Program-made: the position numbers and the translations under genes
Shown here: positions 29,657-40,132 of the stretch, piece after piece
Numbering within the stretch: position 1 is the first letter of the stretch
How the letters are laid out: the number at the start of each line of letters is the position of its first letter
IMG/VR virus record: IMGVR_UViG_3300036820_000008
Span: 1 to 64,000 of that record
DNA length: 64,000 nucleotides
Direction: 5' to 3' (one strand)
Origin: a virus
Notes under the pieces: generated by a model
Database searches by the model: none
Seen by the model: only the letters and a program-made list of their open reading frames with translations
What the model was told of the DNA's origin: nothing

Positions 29657-30427
29657 CTAGTAGGGAGCGACACCCTTGGTACGGGTGACCTTTCGGCCGC
29701 CGGTCGCAGCCTTGGCGGGCGTAGCCTTGCCCTTGGCGGGGGCAGCCTTGGCAGGCGGGGTTGCAGCAGAACGGGTGCCCGGCGTCTTGGCGGGAGTGGC
29801 GGGCTTCGCGGCAGCCTTGCCCTTGACAGGAGCGGCAGCCTTGACCGGAGCCTTGCCCTTGACGGCCTTGACCGGGGTCTCTGTCTTCGGTGCCTTGGCG
29901 GCCTTGGCCTTGGCGGCGGCGACAGCGGCTGCCTTCTCGTTCTTGCGTGCTTCGCGCCGGTCGATGTTGAACTGCGACCGCTGGAACTCCATGCGCGCGG
30001 TGCCGGCGATGGCAACCAGACGAACCGGGTCCTCAGCGCCGCACTGCTCGATCGAGGAACCGACAGGCTCGAAGATCTCCTGGTTCATCCAGGCGGCGAA
30101 GTCCTCCATCGTGGGGGTGATCGCCTTGGTCGCGTAGGGGGTGTAGTCAACGGCGTCGGAGTCCTCCTCGTCGTCGTCTTCCTCCTCGTCCTCCTCGTCC
30201 TCGTCGTCACCCTCCTCCTCGTCCTCGTCTTCGTCGTCATCGTCGTCGTCTTCGTCGTCCTCAGACTCGTCGTCCTCGTCCTCTTCGGACTCGTCCTCGT
30301 CGTCCAGGTCCTCGTCGTCGACGTCCTCGTCGAGCTCGTCGTCCAGTTCCTCCTCGACCTCCGGCTCCGGCTCGGTGACCTTGGCGGCCTTGGTGGCCCT
30401 GGACTTAGTGGCTCCACGGGGCGGCAT
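29657..30427 (-). CDS. Acidic/basic histone-H1-like protein
   Basis: AAGGAG RBS; long D/E tract, a small globular core, then a K/A/P-rich tail. Confidence 0.7.
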   Translation of the reverse strand: MPPRGATKSRATKAAKVTEPEPEVEEELDDELDEDVDDEDLDDEDESEEDEDDESEDDEDDDDDDEDEDEEEGDDEDEEDEEEDDDEEDSDAVDYTPYATKAITPTMEDFAAWMNQEIFEPVGSSIEQCGAEDPVRLVAIAGTARMEFQRSQFNIDRREARKNEKAAAVAAAKAKAAKAPKTETPVKAVKGKAPVKAAAPVKGKAAAKPATPAKTPGTRSAATPPAKAAPAKGKATPAKAATGGRKVTRTKGVAPY

Positions 30428-30475
30428 AACTTGCTCCTTATGTGCAGGGATAATTCGTACTTCATCGAGAGCCCT

Positions 30476-30504
30476 ACTATACCGGCTCTTAGGGGTCCGC
30501 GCTA
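30476..30504 (-). promoter_or_regulatory. Phage promoter TAGCGC-N17-TATAGT
   Basis: Matches the recurrent consensus; lies upstream of the 30427 start. Confidence 0.6.
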
Positions 30505-30885
30505 CCCTAACGGTCCGATCACCTAGAATTTCTTCTCCGATTTTACCTGATCTTTCCGTGTGGTCCTCAACGCGGTACATAACCTTATACTTACCGCGCC
30601 TCAACTTTCTGCAAGTTACCGTGTAGTAACCGTCGGCAACGGACTGCCCTGATATTCCATACTGGTATGCAATCTCCAAAGTACGTCTCGCTGTCTTGGC
30701 CGGATCGCCAGTTCCCAGTCCAACAAGCTCCGGCTCACCATAATTTTTCGCCAGGTAGTCTAGGGTGTCCTGCCCAGTCATTGGTTCTGTCAGGATGTGC
30801 TTCCCCATAATTCTCTCCGCCTCGACATACCATGATCCCCTGATATACGATGATGACACAAATGTAAGGCTTGGACCAAGATACC

Positions 30886-32871
30886 TTACCTGTCTGGGTT
30901 TGTCTTGTGCCACCTGGCGGCCTCCAGGGCCATTCTCCTTCTTGCCTTTGGCTTGTTTGCCTCAATGACGGCACGCTGCTCGTCAGCATACGCCGCCATC
31001 CATCCATCAACAGAGTTGCGGCTGAACAGACGGTGCACCATAACCTGATGTATACGGCTGACGCGATGGATGCGGGAGACGAGCTGTGTCTCTTCATCAG
31101 AGGTCCATAGAGGGTCCATGATAACAAGATCACTGCAGCAGGCGTCTAGGGTGATTGCTTCGCCGCCAGTCTTGCTCTGTACGATAAGCACCCTCGCGTC
31201 ATCATCAGGATCATTGAACCTCTCCTTGATTTCGACGCGCCCTCTGTCGCTCGTAGCGCCAGTCAGGCGTAGCACAGGTGTCTTGAACTCCTGCTCTATG
31301 CACACAGACAAGAGATGGACGATCTGCGTGAAGTTGGATGCAACAAGCACCTTCTCGGGATGCCCTTCCCTCTCTAGCAAGAATTGCAGAATCCAATCTA
31401 CCTTGTTCGAAGGAAGGCCCGGAACAAATGTGTTGCCTTCCATGTATCCGTGTGCCGTAGAAAACTGTCGTAGCCTCGTGATCTCCGCGAGCGTCCCGTT
31501 GGCCGTGAGCAGGCCGCCCCTAAGTTTGGCCTCGGCGAGAGCTGCCATGCTATTGTATGATTTGGTCTGTTTGGGGTCCATGTCAAGCCATATGCCGTTC
31601 ATGCCATCGGGATCATTCTCTGGCGGCACCCCTACGTACAGAATTGGAGGCAGGTCAGGGGCGGCCATCTCCTTGGTGCGAGCTAGATAATACGGCCGAA
31701 TGGCTGCATCAAATCCTTCCTGGTTCAGTGGCTTTGGAACCTTAGCTCCTCCTGCCACCACTTTACCGTATCTCCCTTCCTCGACCCCAAAGTGATTGCC
31801 GGCAAAATTCCAGTAAGACCCAAAAACATCAGGACGACACCAGTTGAGGGTGCCCCAGCTCTTGGTCAGCTTGGATCGGAACGGCGTGCCGCTCAGAGCT
31901 ATCGCAAGTCCCTGTGGCCGAAGCTGGTGACGTAGTTTCATAGCACCATAGCGCCCCTGGGTGATGCTTTTGCTACCAACGTTGTACGTAGATGCAAGTA
32001 GATTGTGGGACTCGTCGATGACAATTGCATCCCACTTGCGTTTGAATAGGAATGGCCATTCGTACTCGGGCACAACTCTGTGAGGGTGATCCTGCTTGCA
32101 CTTTCCGTACTGGAGCTTGGCCGTCCACCTTCCGCTGAAGTTGCCATCCTTGCTCCAGTCCTTGTATTCCTTGCACTGCTGGAAACGCTTGGCCCTGATC
32201 ATCTCGTTGTTTATAATGAGCATGCACTGCACCTCAGGCCAGTTCTTACGGAACGCCGCGTATCCGTCCATAGCGTCCTCGCGCTCAGCACGGGAACCCT
32301 GCGCCACAAACACCTGCACGTTCGGTGCCCAGCGCCTCGTCTCCCTTTCCCAGACATTACGGGTGGCTGTGCGCGGACAGCCAACGAGGATGTCTTTACA
32401 GTCAGCCTCTATCAGGGCGGCCAATGTCTGCAGGGTTTTCCCGAGTCCTGGTTCGTCCCCTAGTATACACTGCCCTGCAAGCGCGATGAAGGCTGCGCCA
32501 GCTGGCTGATAACTCCTGTCCATCATAGCGGCGTGAAGAAATGGCGACTCCGACTCAACACGGGGGAGCCGGGCTATCGCGCCGTCGCGTAGCTGTTCAA
32601 GTGCCTCTCCTGCAGCTATGGCGGCACGAGCCCATATCGATAGGGCGGGTTCTACCTGCAGCTCGGACCCGAAAACACGCCGGAATGTTCGGCATGTGTC
32701 CATTGTTAGCGGATAACGCCAGTAGAGGAACATGTCTTTCTCTCTACCCTCTACATGCTCATACACCGGCTTGGAGCCGGGTATCTTTTTTGCCCACTCA
32801 GGTCCCTCCCCTCGAGCGTACGGTATGTCCGCAAGTACGTGATTGCCATCAGTCGTTATTCTTGCGCGCAC
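30886..32871 (-). CDS. SNF2-like SF2 helicase
   Basis: DEPGLGKT, DESH, LSGTP, Q...RIHR. Confidence 0.9.
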   Translation of the reverse strand: MRARITTDGNHVLADIPYARGEGPEWAKKIPGSKPVYEHVEGREKDMFLYWRYPLTMDTCRTFRRVFGSELQVEPALSIWARAAIAAGEALEQLRDGAIARLPRVESESPFLHAAMMDRSYQPAGAAFIALAGQCILGDEPGLGKTLQTLAALIEADCKDILVGCPRTATRNVWERETRRWAPNVQVFVAQGSRAEREDAMDGYAAFRKNWPEVQCMLIINNEMIRAKRFQQCKEYKDWSKDGNFSGRWTAKLQYGKCKQDHPHRVVPEYEWPFLFKRKWDAIVIDESHNLLASTYNVGSKSITQGRYGAMKLRHQLRPQGLAIALSGTPFRSKLTKSWGTLNWCRPDVFGSYWNFAGNHFGVEEGRYGKVVAGGAKVPKPLNQEGFDAAIRPYYLARTKEMAAPDLPPILYVGVPPENDPDGMNGIWLDMDPKQTKSYNSMAALAEAKLRGGLLTANGTLAEITRLRQFSTAHGYMEGNTFVPGLPSNKVDWILQFLLEREGHPEKVLVASNFTQIVHLLSVCIEQEFKTPVLRLTGATSDRGRVEIKERFNDPDDDARVLIVQSKTGGEAITLDACCSDLVIMDPLWTSDEETQLVSRIHRVSRIHQVMVHRLFSRNSVDGWMAAYADEQRAVIEANKPKARRRMALEAARWHKTNPDR

Positions 32872-33745
32872 GCTTACGTCCTCTTCTGGGTGTTCCTTCG
32901 CCGAGTGTAGACACGAGAAGCCCTAGTCTATGCCTTGTCCAGTACAACCTATTGTATGCGTTTTCCATCGATTCTTGGCCAGCGGAGAAGTCCGAGTCAA
33001 AACGAACAGCGTGTGCTATTATCCTGATCTCGTCTGCTATAGACTCGGCCTCTGTGGCAGCGACAAGAAGGCGTTCGCGGTAACTCACTTCATTTTCTCG
33101 ATGCGGGTGATATGGTGGCCCATTCCTTCCGGGCCATACATCATCTCGACGACCGCTTGTTCGCTGGCAGATACGATGCCGGTGTGGTGTTCACCGGTAC
33201 TGTCAGTACACTCGTCCGAGAATGGGCAGCGGCCGACGATCTTGTTCTGTGGGTTATGCTTCGGGTTTCTCGGAAGCTTGATGGTCACCAGGAATACGTT
33301 GCTCACTTCGGTTCTTCTTTCTCGGGTATCAGCGTGAAGCCGTCAGGGAATGGTATCTCCATCCTCTTCGGGAAGTACCCGGCTCTCGGATAGTTAACTG
33401 GAAACACTCTTAGGTCCGCCCAGGACCCGTCCTCGGCAACTCTCTGGACTAGGCACCTGAGGCCGTTCCAGTTCCACTTCTGTCCCTTTATCACCGGGTC
33501 ATACTTAGAGGGCATCTTCACTCTCCATGCACTTGTGCGGGATAGCTAGCGGAGGCATGCTATTGCATCCATCCTGGCTGCCGGGGTGATGATCTTTGCA
33601 GAACCTGCAATAGCGCAGAAGGATTACGCTGGCGTTTATGGCATTGGCTACCGTAGACAGGCTGTGGATGTCCATGCCCCATGCAGTCTTGCCATTAAGG
33701 TTTTGCATGAGGCTGCCGTTAGGCAGCCAGTATCCGTACCTCGGA

Positions 33746-34102
33746 TTAGGTACTTGCAGAGCCATCATTTCCATCCTCTTGCTCTGGAGGTGAAACAAAT
33801 GTGACCCCGATGATGTACTCGGCGATGATGCCTGCTGTCGTGCGCATGCCGTGAAGATCCCAGAATCCTCGGCAGGAAGCTGGCTGATAGTTATCGTCCT
33901 TGGGCATGCCAGGTAGCGTGGCGTGGCATGTGAGTAGCGAGCTAGCTCGCAGGTTGCCCTGTACAACCTCGTGCATCCTACGGGTGCCGAGGCTCATTAT
34001 GTCGCCAGGCCGAAAGATGCAAGTTTTGCACTGTTCATTCAGCACCCTGACCATACCAGAGTCCTTGTCTATCACGTCCGACCAGACGTATCTAGCCTGC
34101 AC
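33746..34102 (-). CDS. Cys/His metal-binding hypothetical protein
   Basis: CKTCIFR...CH...CRGF. Confidence 0.5.
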   Translation of the reverse strand: MQARYVWSDVIDKDSGMVRVLNEQCKTCIFRPGDIMSLGTRRMHEVVQGNLRASSLLTCHATLPGMPKDDNYQPASCRGFWDLHGMRTTAGIIAEYIIGVTFVSPPEQEDGNDGSAST

Positions 34103-34435
34103 AGTCTTGCTCCTGTATTGCGACAGCCTGATCTACCAAGTCGTCCAGGAAACCGGTAGCCGCCAGAAACATAAGCGACTTTTCGGCCATACGTCCCTGG
34201 TAAACGTACTTACTACCGTCCTCCAGCGTGACGGTGATTATGTCAGGCACGGGTTGCCTGGAAGTAATATGGAGCGACATCTCTGTAGATCACACGGACC
34301 TGAAGATTAGCCTCAGACTTGCCAACGACCTGAATAGCCATCGGATTGTCCGGCAGGATATTACCGTCGATGATTTCATGCCTGAGTATTCTTTCCGAGA
34401 TGTCAGACATGATCATCCTTTTGGTATCAGATAGG

Positions 34436-35290
34436 CTAGTCATGGTTACCTGTCGTCCCATTCACGCCAGCGATACCGTTTTCTAGTATTGCTGGCGGCA
34501 GGAACTGAAGGTCCGGGGAGCCTGCGGTCATAAAGTCGACCTTCGTCGCCTTAGCCTCGTCCTGTCTGATGACTGTCTCCCAGCAAGCATGGCAAGCACC
34601 GGCGAACCTACGGCGCGTACCGTGCTCGCGAGCGTCGCACATCGTCTTGGCTTTGCGTGCCAGGGGATGAGATGGATTAAACGCATCCGGCTCCCAGCCT
34701 ATATCGACCGGCTTTTTGCCGGTTTTCTTCCTGTCCTTGGCACGATGGGACTTAACCGCATCGACCGCCTTGTCTACGGAAAGCTTGCCGGACACGACAA
34801 GCCCCCGTGACTGGTCTGACAGTTCGAGCAGGGATAGATATCGGCTGATTGTCGTCTGCGTCACACCTAGTTGCTTCGCTATGTCCGTCTGGGACATACC
34901 GAATTCGTCTCGCATCCTGCCGAATGCATCAGCCTTCTCCAGAGCCGTTAGGTCCAGCTTGTGGATGGAGGTGATTAGTCCGGTGAATAGTGCGCTCTGA
35001 ACCGGATCCTCGTCTTCACGGAGATACCGAATGGAGCATTCGAGGGAGCGGACAACGGTCCTGCCTGCGACCCAGCGACGATAGCCATCGAGGATCATGA
35101 AGTGATCTCCGCCGAATTGCGGTGATGGCGTGACCAGGAGCGGCTGCTCGAGGGCTGGCCTCCCCTGGTCTACCAGGACCTTAATGGAGCGTGCGAGATC
35201 TGACACGTCCCCGGCCTCGTGGCGTGGGTTGTTTGGGTTGGGATGTATCTGGGCTACAGGAATCATCCTGTGCTGATTCATCGTGGCCAT
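34436..35290 (-). CDS. ParB/Spo0J-like protein (ParBc + HTH)
   Basis: PNPNNPR...L..SI...QPLLV...DGYRR...DLTALEKA; HTH SQTDIAKQLGVTQTTISRYL. Confidence 0.85.
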   Translation of the reverse strand: MATMNQHRMIPVAQIHPNPNNPRHEAGDVSDLARSIKVLVDQGRPALEQPLLVTPSPQFGGDHFMILDGYRRWVAGRTVVRSLECSIRYLREDEDPVQSALFTGLITSIHKLDLTALEKADAFGRMRDEFGMSQTDIAKQLGVTQTTISRYLSLLELSDQSRGLVVSGKLSVDKAVDAVKSHRAKDRKKTGKKPVDIGWEPDAFNPSHPLARKAKTMCDAREHGTRRRFAGACHACWETVIRQDEAKATKVDFMTAGSPDLQFLPPAILENGIAGVNGTTGNHD

Positions 35291-37050
35291 GTCTTGCTCC
35301 TCTGGGGTCGGGGTTGTTTCCCTGTCTGTCGTTTTCTGGAAAACGGGGCGGGGTGTTTTGGAGAAAACCCTACTGTTACGGCCGGAATTACCCGGATTCC
35401 TTGCGAGAGGATGTGTGCTCTTCGCAGTTACCCTGTTTGTCGGTGGGATAGATGTAAAGGACATTAGCCACGACGGACCTTCCGTCCTCGGCCTGATACT
35501 TAACCTTCTTGTTGTTCTGCACAGATCGCAGAAAACCCATAGCCGTACCATCGGACACATCGAGGGCGATCACGAACATCTTGCTCATTTGTACCACTCC
35601 GCGTGTTTCCAGATGACCTTGGGGTTACGCACGTAGTCGCTCTGATGGTCGTACCGGTCTAGCATGTTCTTTGCGGCTTCGATCTCGTACACGACGCCGA
35701 ACAGAGTCTCTCCGATCAGGTTGGTGTACTCGACGATCCTTACGACAGGACCGGTGAAGCTGTCCTCGTCTCCAGGGTAGACGCCGCAATTGTTGATCAG
35801 GATGTCTACGTCTGCCCTATTGCTTATTGTAGCCATCCCTGCTCCACATCAAGATGCTCGTACTGCTTCTCGTACGCCCTCTGCTCTGCCTTACGAAAGT
35901 GCTCCTGCACGGCATTCTTCGCGAATAGGGCTGCGAGACCCAATGCTGAAGCGCCGAGTATTACGACTGATGAGATGACGACGGTTTCCATGCCCTTGGG
36001 TCGCCTCCCTCCTCGTTGTGCAGAGCGATCTTCCTCTGCGGGAGTGGCTGGCATATCGCGCAACGTTCCTTTCCGTGAGCATGCGCTCGGCCGGGCTCCT
36101 TTGTTTTCTTGTTTAGCTTGATTATTCGGCGCAGAAGTTTAATGCTCGTTGCGCCACTGATGTCTCGCTTTTCCTGGTCGTTCCCGTTACGCTTGTGCCT
36201 GGCTCTGCGCGCCTGTGCGCCCGGCTTCACGTCGTCCCGGCCGGTCTGCGCCGTGTAGTTGGCGATTCTTTGCTCCAGAAGCACTTCTTGTCATCCCAAT
36301 CAGTTCTGTGTTGTACCGTTGCTTCGCTTTGGCCGCAGCCCTGCAAAAGCTGCCGAACTCTGCAGTCGTCATGCCATATGCGAGCCACTCTGGCAGGAAT
36401 ATGCCCAGATCTTGAAGGTCAGAAGTTATGTGTGCCTTCTGTTCCAGGGTGATCTGGCTATCTGAAATCAATTGCCCAACCTCCTTCCAGAGCCCGGCTC
36501 GCACCCTTTGGGACTGCTGCCCGTCGGACAGTAAGAATGCGAGCCGGACGTCTGGCCGGAGGTGCCGGCTAGATCAGGTTGAAAAAGGACTGCCTGTTCT
36601 GGAAGACGAGATCCATCTCCCAGTTGTTGCCGGCCTGGTCAGGGCCGTTCTGCCAGCATTGCATGCCGTGGGTCCCGACGTACTGGCCCTTGCGATCCAT
36701 ATTCATCTCCTTGCATCACCAGCGCTGTTGTTGAGCTGGTCTGCGGTCTATTTCCGTATTCAGTTGTATTCAGATCACTCCGCGTAGCTCGCTTCTATGC
36801 GCCGAGCCTACGCGGACTTGCCGGCCGCGCCGAGGTGCATTCACATGTTCACGTTGAAGTAGTAGAACCCAATCAATTGAATCACCTCCTCTTGCTGTAG
36901 TTAAGTTTGGATCCGGCCCGTGCTTGGGGGTATTGGCGCCATCTACCTAGCCGAGTTGACGCAGCACGGGCCGGAAGTTTGCAGAGACTTTAACTGGCGC
37001 TGTCCCAGTATGCGGAGTCGCTTCCATCATGCCAGACCATCTCGCACAGC

Positions 37051-37842
37051 TCAAGCAGCGCGGGTTCGCCTACCGGACCGAGTAGGTCGGCGACTCGCTG
37101 GTACTGTGCCTTTGCCTCTTCTGGCAGCAGGAACTTGTTGAACGCCATCGCTTTCCTCTCCGGCTTCCGCCTGTATGCGATCCCATAGCTCACCCTTGCC
37201 AACCTTACCGGCGCAGGTTCGCCCCATCTTCAACACGCGGCTCGCGTACTTGGTCAGGTGAATGTTACATTTGTAGCAGTTGCCGACTTCTTTGCCATAC
37301 AGCTCACCGGCGGCCTCGGGTCCTGCTTCTGATATGGCCAGTATGGCTGACCTAGCTTGCATGCCACGGACATTCTCGTCCGCGTGGCCCCCGATGACGC
37401 GCTTGACGAAAGTGTGTCCGGCCCACTTGCCTCTGTCAGGGTGATCGATTCGGAAGAAGTCAAAGTCATTGTTCCCGGTAATCGATTTGACGGCATAGTA
37501 CCCTTCCGGGATGCCGTACCCCATGGCGTGGTATCCGACAGGAAGATTGCCATTGCCGGTCACCATATCGCTGGCTGCTTCAGCGGTAGGCTCCATGGTA
37601 ACAGATACCCTGATGAGTAGAAGACGAGATATCTCTGCACTAGCCTCAGACAGTGTCATGTTGGCACGCGGAACGTCAGGATCGCTGCCGTCCGGCAGGA
37701 GGGTCATGTCCCTCTCCGCGAGGAGGGTGTTGATCAGATAAAGCTGCGGGTCGGTCATGCTACGCTCAGGTGCTGCCATATAGCAGCGCCTGGCCTCAGC
37801 GACCTTCTTGTGCTTCCCTTTGCAGTTTCCGCATGTGAACAC
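37051..37842 (-). CDS. DUF6011-like protein
   Basis: PEGYYA...FFRI; C-terminal CYKC...LT...S...G..C. Confidence 0.6.
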   Translation of the reverse strand: MFTCGNCKGKHKKVAEARRCYMAAPERSMTDPQLYLINTLLAERDMTLLPDGSDPDVPRANMTLSEASAEISRLLLIRVSVTMEPTAEAASDMVTGNGNLPVGYHAMGYGIPEGYYAVKSITGNNDFDFFRIDHPDRGKWAGHTFVKRVIGGHADENVRGMQARSAILAISEAGPEAAGELYGKEVGNCYKCNIHLTKYASRVLKMGRTCAGKVGKGELWDRIQAEAGEESDGVQQVPAARRGKGTVPASRRPTRSGRRTRAA

Positions 37843-37876
37843 TGGAGGACTCCTACTCTACGCGGGCACTAAGCTA

Positions 37877-37905
37877 AGCGTACCGCGTTCCCGGCTCGCG
37901 CGCTA
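37877..37905 (-). promoter_or_regulatory. Phage promoter TAGCGC-N17-TACGCT
   Basis: Recurrent consensus; shares CCGTTAGGGTAGCGCG with the 30476 promoter. Confidence 0.6.
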
Positions 37906-39616
37906 CCCTAACGGCGAAAACCGCTTTACCGGCTAGAACACCCGAACTTGTGATTCGGGTATCGTACATTGCAATACGCGCAACTGCCGTTTATGGCATG
38001 CCAGAGTCTGGTCCAATTCCAAGTTGGCCAGATAGAGATGTATTTTTAGCCTTTCTCGCGGTGCCAGTTTCCTGTTGTGTACCAGCGCTCGAAGTTTTCG
38101 GGGAACTCCTGGTATGCTTTCCTGATCTTGCGCCAGCGACGCTTCCAGGCCCACCTATCGAAGTTGTACACCCACGTAGCGTACAGCATAGCGTAGACCT
38201 CCCTGATGTGCTGCATCATCATCCTTCTCCTCTCGTTCTCCATCTGAGATCGTTCAGGGCCAGCGAGAATGGAATGGCGGCATAAACCCATTCGCTGTTT
38301 CCTGCCCTGGCCTGCGAAAGCCTGAGCGACAGGAACCTAGCCGTGTTCACGCCTACGTGCGTAAGCTTGTTTCCCTCGACCAGGTTCCTGTTGTTCTCTG
38401 CCAGGTTCCTGCGCATCAGAACGAACTCGACCCTTTGGCGATCTTGCGGAATCTGTCGGCGAGTGTTCGCTCTCCCATTGGCCTTGGGACGGGCACTGAC
38501 GTCAATTGTCTTGTCCTAGCGTTGTATCCTGCGTTGGTGACAGCCTTGGCTGCAGTTACTGGTGCGCTCGCCCCTCCGGTGAGCACAAAAGCGAACAAGT
38601 GCCATCCTTTGTGGAGACGCTTGTCCTTGCGTGCGATAGCTACCTGAACGTTGCCGCCCATCTCTTTCTCCCTAGAACGATATCGCCCTTATCCAACCGT
38701 CTTCTCGTATGGTGTAGTATCCTGCTATGCTGACGTACGGTTGTTCGCACATCAGCTCGTGGAAAAGGCATTCTTCCAAATCAATTCCTGATCCACGCTC
38801 ATCGTCTGTATGCGCCATCCAAAACCCGGAATTGGGGTCGATGTACACGACATGAAGCTTGCCGAGGCCAAGATCAGCCTGGATTTTCTTCACCTGATCT
38901 ATTGTCAAGTATGGCCTCTTTTAACGCAATCATTCCCCGAGAAACTCCCCGAGGATCCTGTGCACAATCGCTATCTCAGCGCGCGTAAGGTCTGTTATGG
39001 TGAATCCGTGGCTCGGGCCGTGCTTGTAGAATGTTACTCCATATCCCTGTCTTATGCTGTGCGGTTCTGGCTTGATAGTGACGTCGAAGCCATCCGTTAC
39101 CTCTGGCTGTATTACGGGCTTCGGCTTGACTCTGCTCTTGCGAACCGGACGCGTTACCTTTGGCATGATTACTTCTTGTCCAGTGTTGCATGGTGCCTTA
39201 CCGGACACTCGTCGTTTGCGTGTATCGCCCCGATCAGCGAGTCGAGGCGGTCATAGTACATGTCATCTGTGATCACCTCAGAGTTGAAGTCATTGTCGAT
39301 GCGCTTCCCTGATTCCGTAGATAGCGCGTACTCCTCGCATTCGGTTTCATGCTGGGGAATACGCAGTTTTCTCTCTGCCTTTTTCTTAAGGCCAGCTTCG
39401 ACATCTATGTTAGCCCATTCTGCAATCAGCGCCTTGAGGTTGAAAGCTTCTTGCTGGACATCTTCCGCTGACCTGTATATCTGGAGAAGAGTCTCCTTCT
39501 TCTTGTCTTCGGTTTCATCCATGTAGCTGCCGTAACGCCATGATGTCTGTATATTGCGCAGACCAGACCGGATCTTCCGGATATGGGCTGACATGGCACG
39601 ATCTTTCTCGGTCACA

Positions 39617-39952
39617 TCACGAGATCGTCTGTAGGGCATTATTCCTCGCCTGCTCTCTGCATATTGGACATCGACGGCTTGCACCACCCTGGTTCTTAAG
39701 CTGTCTCTCTCGGTTACGGTCTCCGGGTTCAGTCTTGGCTACCGTCCATCCTATTCCTCGCTGCACCGCCACCGAAAGCATTCTTGCTCCTGTGCCTCCT
39801 GCGTGATGGGATAGTCTTGACTCTAGTGACTTTGCCCATCCTGTATAGTGCCTTGCGCGCTGTCGGACATGAATTGGTGAATCTAGGTGCAGCAGGTAAA
39901 CTACGCCCATTTCGCCAGTATTCGGCTCGCCCCGTAGCGCACGATACGTCAC
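39617..39952 (-). CDS. GIY-YIG-like nuclease
   Basis: VVYLL...HYTG...RL..H...E..LK; leaderless GTG start. Confidence 0.75.
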   Translation of the reverse strand: MTYRALRGEPNTGEMGVVYLLHLDSPIHVRQRARHYTGWAKSLESRLSHHAGGTGARMLSVAVQRGIGWTVAKTEPGDRNRERQLKNQGGASRRCPICREQARNNALQTIS

Positions 39953-39958
39953 GGCCCT

Positions 39959-39988
39959 ATCGTACCTTATGCAACGGGAATAGCGCTA
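39959..39988 (-). promoter_or_regulatory. Phage promoter TAGCGC-N18-TACGAT
   Basis: Recurrent consensus; the -10 lies 6 nt from the GTG. Confidence 0.6.
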
Positions 39989-40132
39989 CCCTATCTTACG
40001 AGCATTTTACGTGAAGGGTACTACTAATGTAACACCATACAGCCAGGAATATACCTACACCTTAGCCTCCGGTGCATGGCAACATGGCCATAGTGGCACG
40101 GTATGTCTTTGCGGTACCGTTTACCCATGCAC

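Noticed and set aside
29447-30526. 359-aa plus-strand ORF
   Set aside because: Antisense shadow of the low-complexity acidic/basic gene.
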